From Lingula anatina (taxonomy: Eukaryota > Animalia > Brachiopoda), in NCBI GenBank assembly GCA_051362555.1, contig CM120640.1, positions 4,402,001 to 4,466,000 of the forward strand: 64,000 nt of DNA. Reading direction: 5' to 3'. The notes under the pieces are model-generated. The model was not told the DNA's origin. It worked only from the letters and a program-made list of their open reading frames with translations, and ran no database searches. Position 1 is the first letter of the stretch. Each line of letters opens with the position of its first letter. This document shows positions 38,727-51,018 of the stretch, one piece after another. The position numbers and the translations under genes are program-made.

Positions 38727-39118
38727 CACACACAATAGAAGTGTCACCCCTACTGAACCAATACTATGGGGGAGATAAATGACTGTGGAATGATATGCTC
38801 CTGGTATCATTTTATTAACATCAAATTTCACAAACAAATCACAAAATGAGAACAAAATGTACATTTTACCAAAATATGCAGTTTCAAGTCCAAAATTAGT
38901 ACTTAGTGGCATAGCTACGTGACCTAATAATAGGTGCCAGTCTACGAGGCAAGGATTCATATAATTGTCTGATGCATTCAAGGCTTATGCTGGCCCAAGC
39001 ATGAAACACTGAATATAACAGAGTTTCTCTGCTGGTTAGACGGGCATTTTTCAAAAGTTTTGACATATCATTCCACACATTTTCTATTATGTTTGCATCC
39101 GGACTCTGGGCAGGCCAT
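38727..39118 (-). mobile_element. Tc1-like 3' fragment
   Basis: WPAQSPDANIIENVW..RSRSYATKY plus a 3' TIR carrying a small deletion. Same family as 61205-62590. Confidence 0.88.
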
Positions 39119-40149
39119 GTCATGGTGGTGATTTCACGGTAAATATGAGGACATATTTAGAAGGGCCCCAGGGATGTGTCATAGTGGTGATTTCACGACC
39201 AAATGTCATTTTAGAAATTTCCACATTTAAATCAAATTAAATCAACATTTGGTAAAGATTGTTCAGATGTCTCTTTTATAATGACATTATATGAATCTGT
39301 TAATGTATGTTATTCATTGAAAAGAACTGTAACCAAGTTTTAAAGGATGTTTTCAGTTTAAAAAGGATTGAATAACTTTATTTACTGCTTCATCCCCAAG
39401 TTAGAGTTTAAAGCAGTCTGACTTTAATTATGTTAAAGGTCTCTAGTAATATGTCTTAATTCTGTTAATTGGCTTCAATATCTCTGACTTGTTTTAAGAA
39501 TCACTGTAATGTATTTTGTGTGTATTAGTATATAAGGAGAAGAACTTTGTATAAGAGACAGGGATTGGAGATCAGAGCTCGGAGTGAGTTTGGTCAGTCG
39601 AACCAATAGCTGGATTGTCCCTGCTGTCTTAGGAGACTCCAGATCTCTCAGCCAGAGAAATAAATGTAGAGAGAAGTCAGTTTGTAGTTGATCTCTGGAA
39701 AACATATCACTGCTGTTGTGTTACCTGCTGGAGAAGTAAATCAGACCAAAGTGTCCCCTGTGATACAAGAAACATTTTTCTGCACAATTATTCACAATTA
39801 GCAAGGCTGGCATGCAGTCAGTTGTTAGCATAGCAACAATTTTCTCACTATCACTTATGTAGGTGTTTTTGTAATAATCACGACTTGCGCATCAATATGC
39901 CGGATCTGCATACAGACTGTGTAACAGAAGGTATGGGATATGCAGTTAAAGTACACAAAGCTAATCGTTCACCACACAAAAAGAACACGTGATTTTCAGG
40001 CAGTATTTTCATATTATCAAACATTGTCTTTCATTGTTTAAGATAGTTATCAGTATGGCTAATGAAAATGTTCTAGAAAAGTCTGACATCTTTCAGTGAA
40101 GTCTCTTTTTCATTATTAAAGAGTTGGCTTTTAAGAGTATCACTTGAGA

Positions 40150-41145
40150 TAGCCTATCGTGTTTACAATGAAAGTGCACGGCGCCAGCGACAGCGACAGT
40201 GACAGCAACGCCAGCGACGACAGATGCAGGTGATGACGATATGTACAGACACATCTGTATATATTTACTGTACTGTTTGAGAACAGTAAGTGACATGGTT
40301 TTTCTTAAATGGTCATCATGGGAACAGTGCCCAAAATAGGTTTTTTTCAAATTTTGATGCAATATGTTAAACAGCATAATGACCATCAATTTTTAATAAT
40401 AAAATATTAGTATCATGGATATTCAGAAAATGTGACTAGCAAAGGTCTTCAGGCCCATGGAACTTCAAAGTCACAACTTGAAAATGCCAAAATGTAAACA
40501 AGACAGCACTGTTCTGAAAATTTTTTTTCCATTTTTAACAATTTTTTAACATAAAACAAAATTAACAGGTTACTTCCATTTTTATACAATCAACTAAGAA
40601 AATTGAAGAGATGGGAAAAATATCAATACAGCAGTGTTAAATGTCCAATTTCCTCCATTCTGAGATTCTGAACATAGTGAATGATTGAATCTGACAAACT
40701 ACAATGATATGAGTTTATTTCCATTTTTGAAACTTTATTACACAATACACGATAACAAGTTTACCACCATTTTTACATAATCAACTAATAATATTATAAA
40801 TATGCAGGAAATGTCAACCAAACACTTTTACGTATCTTATTAGTTCAATAATGAGACTGTTAACATGCCTAAGAATTGAATCTGAGGAAATGTGAAAAAT
40901 ATGCTGAAAAGTGAAAAAACAGCATAACTTCCACAATAATGGCCCTGATTTTCGAACTTGACCTGCGTTTTATGAATATTCATCAGCTGTGTAAATATAA
41001 AGCCAAAAAGTAAAACTGCCCTCCACTTATCGTGTTTACAAGGAAAGTGCACGGCGCCGGCATCGGCATCGCCATCGGCGACGGCGACGACAGACGCAGG
41101 TGATGGCAATATGTACAGACACATCTGTGTCTGTACATAAAAATG
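40150..41145 (-). mobile_element. Helentron-type (HINE) element(s) with two 5' ends, immediately upstream of TMEM214
   Basis: The minus strand begins TTTTTATGTACAGACAC-AGAT-GTGTCTGTACATA (hairpin), then GTCGCC-type microsatellite and TTGTAAACACGATA. A second 5' end lies at 40150-40260 and a stub at ~20943-20995. The body matches 600-1290 in inverted orientation. Confidence 0.75.
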
Positions 41146-41275
41146 ACACTTCCGTGATACTTCCGTGTTGTGGCTTCTCCAGCCTCGTTGTCACGAAAAA
41201 AGTAAATGTGGCTGGCTCAGACATGCGCAGTAGAGACGGCTCCAGCCTTGTACTCTTCAAACCAGAAAAATGGCA
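41146..41275 (+). promoter_or_regulatory. TMEM214 proximal promoter
   Basis: Tandem ACTTCCGTG (ETS-like) at ~41147-41167, CATGCGCA (NRF1-like) at ~41222, and AAAATGGC (YY1-like) over the ATG. Confidence 0.45.
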
Positions 41276-44200
41276 AGCGGAACCGGTTGGGAAGTTGTCG
41301 GCAAGGGCCCAAAGAAAACTAAAGGCCAGAATCAGCAGCTTACCAAGGAACAGAAAAAGGTTTTAACCGAGAATATGCCGAGAATTGAAGTTGCTGGTAA
41401 GTGGTTCACTAAAGCTGGAATTATTGCTCATAAACTTGGGCACTGACCACAGATTGTTGATTTCACGGATGCATTTCACCGGTGTCCCAAGTTGAAGTTA
41501 TGACGTGGGCGACATGTTGTCTCAGTTTCTTATGAAAAATGAATTTTGGAATGAGAATCCGAGTATATTTTACTTCAGTGCGAAATCATGCTCATTTGTT
41601 TTCGGAGGACCATTGTACGCGTAATCACACTAGAGGCAGATGGACGTGGCTTCCAGTTTCACGTCTTCAATTTAGTTTTACATCTTGCTTCGATTATCCT
41701 CAGTCAATGTTTCTAAGTACTGCAGTTAGTTTATGTGGTGTCATAAAACAGTTTTGTTGCCTATTACATTGAAAAGAAAAAGACCACAAACATTTCATTA
41801 CTTCGATTTGAATCAGAAGGTTGATGCAATTTCTAATACCATCAAAGTAATAAATACTAATATTAGGAGAACTGTAATTTTGGAAACTGGATAGTTTCAC
41901 ATTGTTTTACAAATCTTTTGCAACAATTGCTTTCCTCTGCAATGAGTAATTGTTGTGTACACCATTGATTGTTTCCAACCTGGTCAAATTGACTTTTACA
42001 TATTGCTTTTTTAATCAGCTGTTTGAGAACCTTCAGAGTACTTTTTGGCATTCTATTAGGTTTCCCATATTTACATATATTATGTACTGACATGTATTTG
42101 GATGTATATTTTCTCTTCTCAGTTGCATTGCAATTCTGACTTATTGAGTTGAAGTAGTGGCAGACCAATGGCATCACTCTTGAATGGTTAATATTCATAA
42201 AATTAGTTAAATGATCTGTTATAGATGCACAAAAGCAAGCTGCAGTTATTATCAACTCCATGCTATTTTACTCAGTAGAGATACTTATCAGACAGGAAGA
42301 TGCAATCAGTAATTCCTTTTCTTTGATAGCTCCTCTTAAGGAATCGGCTACAATTTATGATGCCTTTGTGGAAAAGGAAAGGAAGAGGCAGGAGAAAATG
42401 AGTGGGAAGGAGCAGGTGAAGCCCAGTGGGGATAGTGGCAATAAGAGGTCCAGTCAGATACCTGTATCCAAGAAAAGGCAGCAAAATGGACATAGACAGC
42501 AAGCACCCATGACTCTGGATGAGGCTCTGGTTAAGGTACCACTACCGCCTAGAAGCTGTCATCGAAACTTTTAGTTCATCATGCGAAAAGTCTTTTGTTG
42601 GAAATATAGAGATAGATTGCATTAGGATATTGCAAGGACTAGCAAGCTATTTGTCCAGCCATTATTTAGAGTCTCTGAGCAGAATATTTTATTGATAGAT
42701 AGCTTGTTAAATTTCTTACTTAGCATTATATGATACTGATTTAATTTGGTTGTCTCGTGTTGCCTTCACTTTCTGAAATTTTGCTTGATAAGATAAGGAC
42801 ACTGCGCATATAATTTACCCATTGGAGAACAGATTACATATAATTAGGTGGTTGCAAATGGCATGAAATAATGAGGTGTTACTCTTTAGCATATGCAGCA
42901 AAAATTTTTCAGAGTTTGTGATATCTCAATGCAAATTGGGATTGGCAGTTTGAGTAACTTCATTTACATGAGTCTAATGTATTTTATCCTTTTTTTAGAT
43001 TGATAAGAGTGAGCTTGAGCTGATTTTGACCAAAGATCAAGCCACTTTCCCAGAGAACCCCTCTGTCTGGTTGAAAGATATTGCATCTTTCATCAACCTC
43101 AAACTGGAGAATGTAGAGGAAAAGGACCCTGTGTTTGCAGACCAACCAAAAGGTGGGTGTTAGAAAATAGATTTATCATGATTTTTAGAAATATGCATGA
43201 CATTAACTAATTTTTCATTTTTTAACAAAATCATTTAAATTATACCACTAAAAAGAAATGTTTTGAAAATGTTTGAAGTGTGAAAACAATATTGTGAGTG
43301 TCTAGAAATTGTATCTTAGTAACAGTAAGTACTTGGTTGAAATTAAGAAAAGATTATATGAAAATATATATTCTGTCATAAATTGATAAATGTTATATTC
43401 AGGTTTAGTTGTCATTAGATGCATTAAGTAACTAAGATCTTTTAAGTTCAGCTTGGACAAAAAAAAACTATCATGCTTTGTATTCCCCTATCAGAACATT
43501 GCAGAAAATGAATCATTTGTAAAATGAATGGCTCTTGAAATAAACTTGTAATTGATAAATAACTTGCTGAGCTAAGGGTTAAGTCACACAATTTTAAGGT
43601 CTTGAAATGTTTTCAGATTACCCTGTCTGCAAGCTACCTAAAAACCTGAGGTCCTTACTGATGAACACACTAAACCAGTGCTCAAACCAAACATTGGAAA
43701 TTTTCTGGGATCACTGCATCCAGTCCATGGTTGCAGATATGGGAAAAGGTAATGATGAAAAAATCTTTTTGACATAAAAGGCTACTGTTTGATATATTAC
43801 TTATGCATGATATATTGAGTTCACATTTTCAAGCATTTCCCTTGTTTAGTGTGGTAGTTATATTTCTGTCTCTTGTTACAGGTCTGTCAACATTTGGCTA
43901 CCGTATCTTCATTCAACTAATGGCACAGTCCAAACCTGCCATTCCGCTGGGGCAACTGAAAAAGGTAAGGTTTTCCTCTTCATGTAAGTGAGGGTTTTTA
44001 GTAATTTTAAATGAAGATTTTTCCATCCATAAAGAGAGAATGAAAAAGAAACGCCCATACAGTTTGATTGTATATTTCCTCTTCAAATCTCGGTCACTAC
44101 CGAAAGTGGGTATGACTAACATGCATTTTCAATAGTATTTTTAGATGTGATGTTCATTATTTATTTGTAAAAAATGAATTATGTATGCCTTTTATCATGA

Positions 44201-47200
44201 TACAATAAAAAGATTTATTTTCTGTAGAACTTGGAGCTGATGAAGGGAAACAAGAGCAGAACACTGAGATGTTTGTCCATCATGTGGGCCTTGGGGCAGA
44301 CTGGACACACTGACTTTAGGTGTGGTCTTAAAGGTTAGTCCAGTACTTTTAGATTCGATAAATAAAAACTTTGATGTGATTTAAATAATAATGCTGTCAC
44401 ATGTGTTTAGACCTGAGTTTAAGTCAATCTTGAGGGAGTCATTCTTGACTTGGATTGCTTCTTGATATTATAACCAGAGAACATTTGCCTTGAAATGCCA
44501 TTTTTGTGGTCATTAATGATGCTATTTTTTACTTTAATTTTAGTGTGGTTGGAGCTGATGATGCCAATGACTGGAATGAAGACACTTGCTGGCTATGCTG
44601 TGGACTACTTGGAGATGCTTTTCAAGTAAATTTATTAAATTTAATAAATTCCATTATATTTAATAATTCTTCTTTATGTATGTCATCTTGTATAGGTGGA
44701 ATTTTAAAAGAAGTATATTGGCAGTAAGTGCTTTCAGAAAATTTCATAGAAAAGGAGCAAATTAAAAGTTTGGTTTTTTCGTTGATGGGTCTTGCAGTAG
44801 AGTTTGAATGCAACTGAGGTATGATGTGTTACATGATTGTTACCATACTATATCCCACAGGAACCATAAAGATTTGAGCTCAGCATCCAGTGTGATTGGT
44901 TTCAAGGAATTCTTTCCTGTGCTGGACTTGATCTACAGTACAGGAACACTACAGGCCCATCAACAGAGTAGATTACTGGCCATCTACCCAAAGATAAAGG
45001 TGAGAAAGGAGGTGGTATAGTAGCACATGCCCAAATTTTAAGGGCATAGAAAGGGGGGGGATACATATTAATTGCTAGACAATATTTGGATTAATTTCTT
45101 GTAATTTTGTTTTACATTGTTTTATTGTCTAGTGCATACAATTTAATTGATAAATCACCTTTAATCTTGTACAAAAATATTTATAATGTATGAACTGGTT
45201 AATAAGTCAACTTTAATCTTCTACAGCACTCTGTAGTTGAGATGATAATCTGTGCATGCTGTTTGTTTTTAAGACTCTGGCATTTGGAAAAACTCCTCAA
45301 AACAGCCTGAGGCACTTCTTCCCTTCGTTCCTGTCCAGACTAGGGGGATCCTCCTCCCCAGCTCTGAAAAAAGAGGTAAACCCCTTGTGGTTTTGATGAT
45401 AGACATTTTTTTCATGGATTGGTCTTAATTCATCTGCAGTGTCATTCCAAGCTTAATGTGTAATTATAGGTATAGTGGGTTTTGATATATAATTATAAAA
45501 ATGCCTCTGTTGCTAGCTCATGTCAAAAGAAAGATTTTTTGCCTTTTGAAAGTACATTATATGTTTGGAGTTGATGGCAAGTAAAATCATTCTGCTCTTT
45601 GAACAAATTTGATCTCTGTGTAATAATATTTAGGCTCTTATATTCCTCTTAATGTAACCTTTTGTCTTAAACCTGTTGAAGCTTATATTGATGTCTTTGT
45701 TTGTTTGATTAATTGATTGATTGAACGATTTTGAAATTTATTTGTGTAGTTGCTGTCTTGCCTGATCAGCTGTCTGTCTACAGACAAGCAGTGCTATAGT
45801 GTGTGGATGCAGATGTACACCAAACATCTCAGCCAGTCCAGGTAAAACATGCACCACCATAATATTATATTATTGAAACTTTTTCCCTTTTGACACAATA
45901 TTGAGTTGGATGTTTTGGTAAAAAGTAATGCATATTGGGTAAACTGCAATGTTGAATTTTTAGCAAATTTGTATGATGCTGTAATATATTTCTGTGCGGT
46001 CAATATTCTTGCTATGTTTTCAACATGCCAACATTCCTCAAACAAATGAATTGTTGCACAGAGCATTTGAGCATTTGATACTTATGTTAACGTAATTGCT
46101 AAAGCAGATTGGAGTGTGAGGCAACTTTAGCCAAGTACATTTTTTACTTTTAAAGTATTTTGCTGGAGCACATCTTGAACAACTGGCCATTGGTGTCCCG
46201 CAGTCTGGAGAAGAAGCTTCTGAAGGAAACAATCCGAGCCTTCACCATTACAAATGAGGAGCTTGCCCAGCAGGGGAAGACATCAATGGAGGGATATAAA
46301 AACCTGCCTGTGGTCTGTAAGGTATGGTGCTATGAGAGACTGAGTGCTGGCTGAGCATGATGGATTGGTTTAGTATGAAATGTTATGATGTGGAACTTGC
46401 CATCAAGTATTTGTACTATTTACTTGGCAGTGGTGTATGTTGTATGCCTAAAGTGGGTCGCTGTTGGCAGATATTCTCTGTCAAGTTTAAATGATTTATG
46501 AAAAAACTAAATGAGATATTGCTCTGCTTCTCCACACCTGCAGCTACAGGTGTTTTCATGAAAAATGTACTATTTTCTAATTAAAGGGATAATAACTCTT
46601 CGTATGAGATCAATATTTTACAATAAAAACATTGTGAATAAGTCATAGAGATATAATATATTCTGTTTTACCACAAAAACGGCAGTTATAGCTATTATTC
46701 TGATATCTGAGCTTGTCTTTAGACCACGTGACCTCCATTGATGGCTATACTCTGTTAAAATCTCTTAAGAGATTTTAACAAAAAAACAAACTTTTTAGAA
46801 AAAAACCAGGAACTAACTTTGAATGTAAAAATGGATTCATTAACCATTGGTTAGTATGGGAAAATTGTTGTTTACTCCAGGAAAATTCATTTTTTGGTCG
46901 AAACGAAGAGTTATTATCCCTTTAATGTTTAAATAATACAAGGCTACAAAAGAAGTAAAGTGTTCCATATGATTGTTATTTGTGATTTTTATGGAACTTA
47001 AGGTTTTGGAAGTATACTTTTTAAACATGGATGTTGTTTGATGAGAGATCTCACCACTTAAACTATTTGCATGGAATTTTATTGTGAAACAAAAGAGTCG
47101 TGTCATCTCATTAGTACATTGTTAAGTAACATTTTCTGTGTGGTAGCTTAGCTTTAGATCAATTACCACCTGTTGGTCTGCAAAACATGTAGGAAATAGG

Positions 47201-49062
47201 GGTTTAATTCTGCCCTACATAAAGGGATACATATGTATTGATCAAATTTTTATCAACAATAGGTGTAATTTAATCGTGAACAACATAGTAAATATTATCA
47301 GCCAGTAGGTGGTAATGTGCTTAGAGTATGATGCAGTATAAGGAGAAAAGCAGCTGCATTGGTTTTGAATAAGGAGTTATTGTTCAGTATTTGTTTCTTT
47401 ATGTTTACAGCAACTTCTCCAGAAGATGACAAGCAGTGGTTTCCCATGGATGCTTCTCTTCCTCCTCACATTTGGAAGTTTGGGTGCAGTCATTGCCTTT
47501 GACATCTACAGCAGTGGGGGGTTTGAAGGTATGTTTGTGCTCATGGAAACGGCAAAGGTATTGCTTTTGAACATATGTATTTTTTTTTCTTTATTTGAAA
47601 GATAGTGTTTTATCAGTATATGAATATTTTGCCTTAAAGAAAAGAATTCCGACAGATTAAAATTTTCTCATGTGGTTCCAGGTTCAAGAACAGAAGGGAT
47701 TTTGAAAAACACTGGGATATTGGCCTTTTCTGAGCAAGTTTGGAATAGGACCCAACTGTATGCTTCTAAACTGTCACAGTAAGTATTCATAGTTTAACAA
47801 CAATACTAAATAACTATTTTAATAGTTTTATACATATTTTTCCATGTTTATGACTTGCTTTCCCTCAAAATTATTTATCAGCAGTTTATTGTTATTCCAA
47901 ATGTGGTTGTTTCCCAACTGGAAATGCTACAAATACAAGTACTTTCAGCAAAAAATATTTTAGTAATCATCACATTTCTTAATTTAATTATGCTAATAGT
48001 CATTGCTTTTCTTTTGACATCTTCCTAAACAGGGCTGATTCAAGATATCAGTTTGGGAAACTGCAAATGCTTAATCCATTTTTATACCAGTTATAATGAT
48101 AGACTTTGTTGTTGTTTTTTTTTAATTACTTTTAAAATTTTATTTCTAAAGTGGTGTTTAAATCTGCTTGAGTTTCTAACTCATCTTTCTGGTTCCTCTC
48201 AATTGTAGATGGTTGTCTGAGAATGTGCCATATTACTGGGCCCAGTTGTGTGCTGTAACAGGACCCTATTTCAGCCTGCTGTGGGAGAAAATACAAATCT
48301 TCTGGACATTCCTGGTGGATGTGACCAGGTCGCAGCGAGAATGGCTACAGGTTAAGATTCCAGAGTTACTTATTTGGGTATGTCAGAATGAAATTTCTTC
48401 TTTTAATTATGTAAAACTTTGCCAGATGCAAAAAATGATTGGTTTGTGTTTTGTTAGAGGACTTGAGTATATTTTTCTAATTTATTTTTGATTTGAAAGA
48501 GGTTGTAGGAGGGAATTTTCATAGGCAAATGTAGTGAATTTGTTCAATTTTTCCTTTCTTTGATTTCATATAATTTTGATGTTCCTGTAATGCCATTTTA
48601 TCTCTGAAATGCATATTGTTACTTAATCATCATACTACAGAATTTAGATTAAGTTTTTCTGATCCCTTTATTAGGTGGACACAAAGGTGCCCTGGCTGTG
48701 GACATCTATAAAGTATTACTCAATGCAAGCATGGCAGTTGCTATGGTGGCTCTGGGAGCTCTTACTCTCAGGCCTTATTACATTTGGAAAGTGGCTACAT
48801 GAAAATGTTTTCACGTAAGTGTATTTATATATTACAGTTTAAAAGGATATGAAAATACTTAGTGATAACCTTTTCATATTTTATTCGTTAGTTTCCTGAG
48901 GTAGTTTATTTTTTAACAATTTCAATTTTGATCCTTTCCAGTGGAAGCCTTTCTATAGAAAACATACAACAGAGCATATCAAGCCTGCTTTTGGCAATAC
49001 AACAATATATGAGACAGTTTATGCAGTGGGTTATGGCACTGTGGACTGCCAAAACAGAATAA
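41270..49062 (+). CDS. TMEM214: Transmembrane protein 214 (~677 aa)
   Basis: 16 exons: 41270-41396, 42330-42535, 42999-43152, 43617-43748, 43882-43964, 44228-44333, 44544-44625, 44861-44999, 45274-45375, 45750-45841, 46156-46321, 47411-47528, 47682-47778, 48209-48377, 48675-48814, 48942-49062 (2034 nt). Motifs GWEVVGKG, FPENPSVWLKDIASFINLKL, SIMWALGQ, FPSFL, WMQMYTKHLSQS, and a TM segment FPWMLLFLLTFGSLGAVIAFD. Confidence 0.93.
46585..46921. mobile_element. Kolobok-like MITE in a TMEM214 intron
   Basis: Perfect 19-bp TIRs AGGGATAATAACTCTTCGT with TTAA on both flanks. Confidence 0.8.
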
Positions 49063-50164
49063 TCCATTCCAGCCAACCCTTGAAATGCCAGTATTTATTA
49101 CTATTATCAAAGTCACATGATGGACAATATCCAGTTCTGAGATCTGAAAATAAAATCCATGTTATATTAGGTTGATATTTACGTTCACATAGTTACTTTG
49201 TGTTCGCGTTATCAGAACACTAGCTGCTGTGGTGTGGGGAATTTTGGTTATCATTGTAGAGTCACAAATAGCAAATTTTATATCAAGTATTGCTGTATAT
49301 GGTGAATTTTAATGGTTCATGCTTAAGTTTGACTTCTAGTAGGATCACAACTCCTAGAGTACCAAGCCTACAGTGATGTTTGTTTCAAAACAAATATACA
49401 GTTAACAATGTAATTCTGACTTTAAAGAGTAGTACACAATGTTAAATCATGTGTAAGTATTGCACAATGTGGGCCATTTCCAAAGTAGAAATGGGGTAAG
49501 GCAAAACTTCCCATTTTGAGATGTTCCTAACCCAAGGTGCTAACAGAAAAGTAGTATTACCCCTATTGTCTACACTTGACCCCACTTTACATTGGATGGC
49601 ATCCTTTCTGTGACCCTAAAACTGGCATCGTTGTGGTTGTAAAAAGAAAGCACAAGCATTGCTTTTGTTGCAAAATGAATGCTCAATGATCGGCCAGTTG
49701 TTGGCATGTAAAGTATTGTTTTTTTTACTCTCAAACAGGACTGCACAACGGAACGCAGAAAGGATGCTGTCCAGTGAAAAGGGAGTTTTATAAATATAAA
49801 TACATGTCATCTGTTCATGACATATTAAAATATGGCATTGCTTATTCATTGCTCATGAGCAGTGCTTTTAATATAGCAGTTTGTAATATGAATATTTCCT
49901 TTTGCATAGCACAATGCACATACACTACTATCTTCACTGCATCACACTAAAAATGTATATTTATTATTGAAGTTTTGATAGCATGACATAAATGTCATCA
50001 CAAAGACCCTTTTATTCAGATACAATCTGTAAGAGACTTATTATTTAAGTAATATTTTTTCTGGATTTAATTCAAGACCTTCATGAACTGTTAAGTTCTG
50101 TTCATAAATAAAGTTACTGATACAAAGCTATATAGTTTACGTTATATTATGAAGATTGTGCACA

Positions 50165-50967
50165 TCAAGAGTTAAAGAACACATGCTTGGTGTTCTCGTA
50201 CAGTTTATTTGCTAATTCACCGATGTCTTCTTTTCTTGCAGCAGCCATCACCTCCAATACTTGTCTGAAAATAAAAAATATGAAATTTCACTTGAGGAAA
50301 AAAATGAGAAAGGAGTTCTAGAAATACACATTTAAGAAGAATGGGATTGACATTAATTATAATAGTTCATCGCTTAAATCCAAGTATGTTTTTCTTTAGA
50401 AACAGATAGAAATCTAACTAAATGAAACAAAGCATTTCTAAAGAATACTTTTTATCAAAATTTATGCACTAAGCCCCAGCAAATAAAAACTGTCCATACA
50501 TAATAAAGGCTGGTTCATTTCTGCTTTTCACTGTGTACCCAGATTCCCATTTCTCTTTCTTCTTGTTGGGAAATGTAGTTTTAACGGACTTGGCGCCAGC
50601 ATGTGACGGCCTGATCTCACACCAGGGGGCATCTAGAAATGATCAGTTTACCAATATTCATATCAAAATGAATGGCAGTCCCTTTTCATTCTTTTAGGTA
50701 ATAAATACATGTGTAATGTAATTTTTTTTTAGTCTGTGTATTACGTAATTTTTTTCAAAAACTATGTGGTAGTAAATTCTGTAATAGACTGAAATGAAAG
50801 TGTTTACCTGTTTCAATCATTAGTCTCTCACTTGGTATGGAACACATAGCATCAATATTCTCCTGTGTTTTCAGTGAACTGAAATGATAACATCACACTT
50901 AATTTCAGTATCATAACTTGGTTCTATCTTAACAAAACTCCAAAAACCAACAAAAATACCTTAGATC

Positions 50968-51018
<51 letters not shown>

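Noticed and set aside
39475-39790. Possible minus-strand exons or ORF
   Set aside because: There are splice-like signals but no recognisable domain and no partner exons.
35124-41269. Hidden WWE/ART exons completing gene B
   Set aside because: I saw no similarity to gene A exons 8590-10756 on either strand; the interval is largely accounted for by repeats.
41100-41366. 88-aa ORF over the TMEM214 start
   Set aside because: It is out of frame with the true exon 1 and begins inside a HINE.
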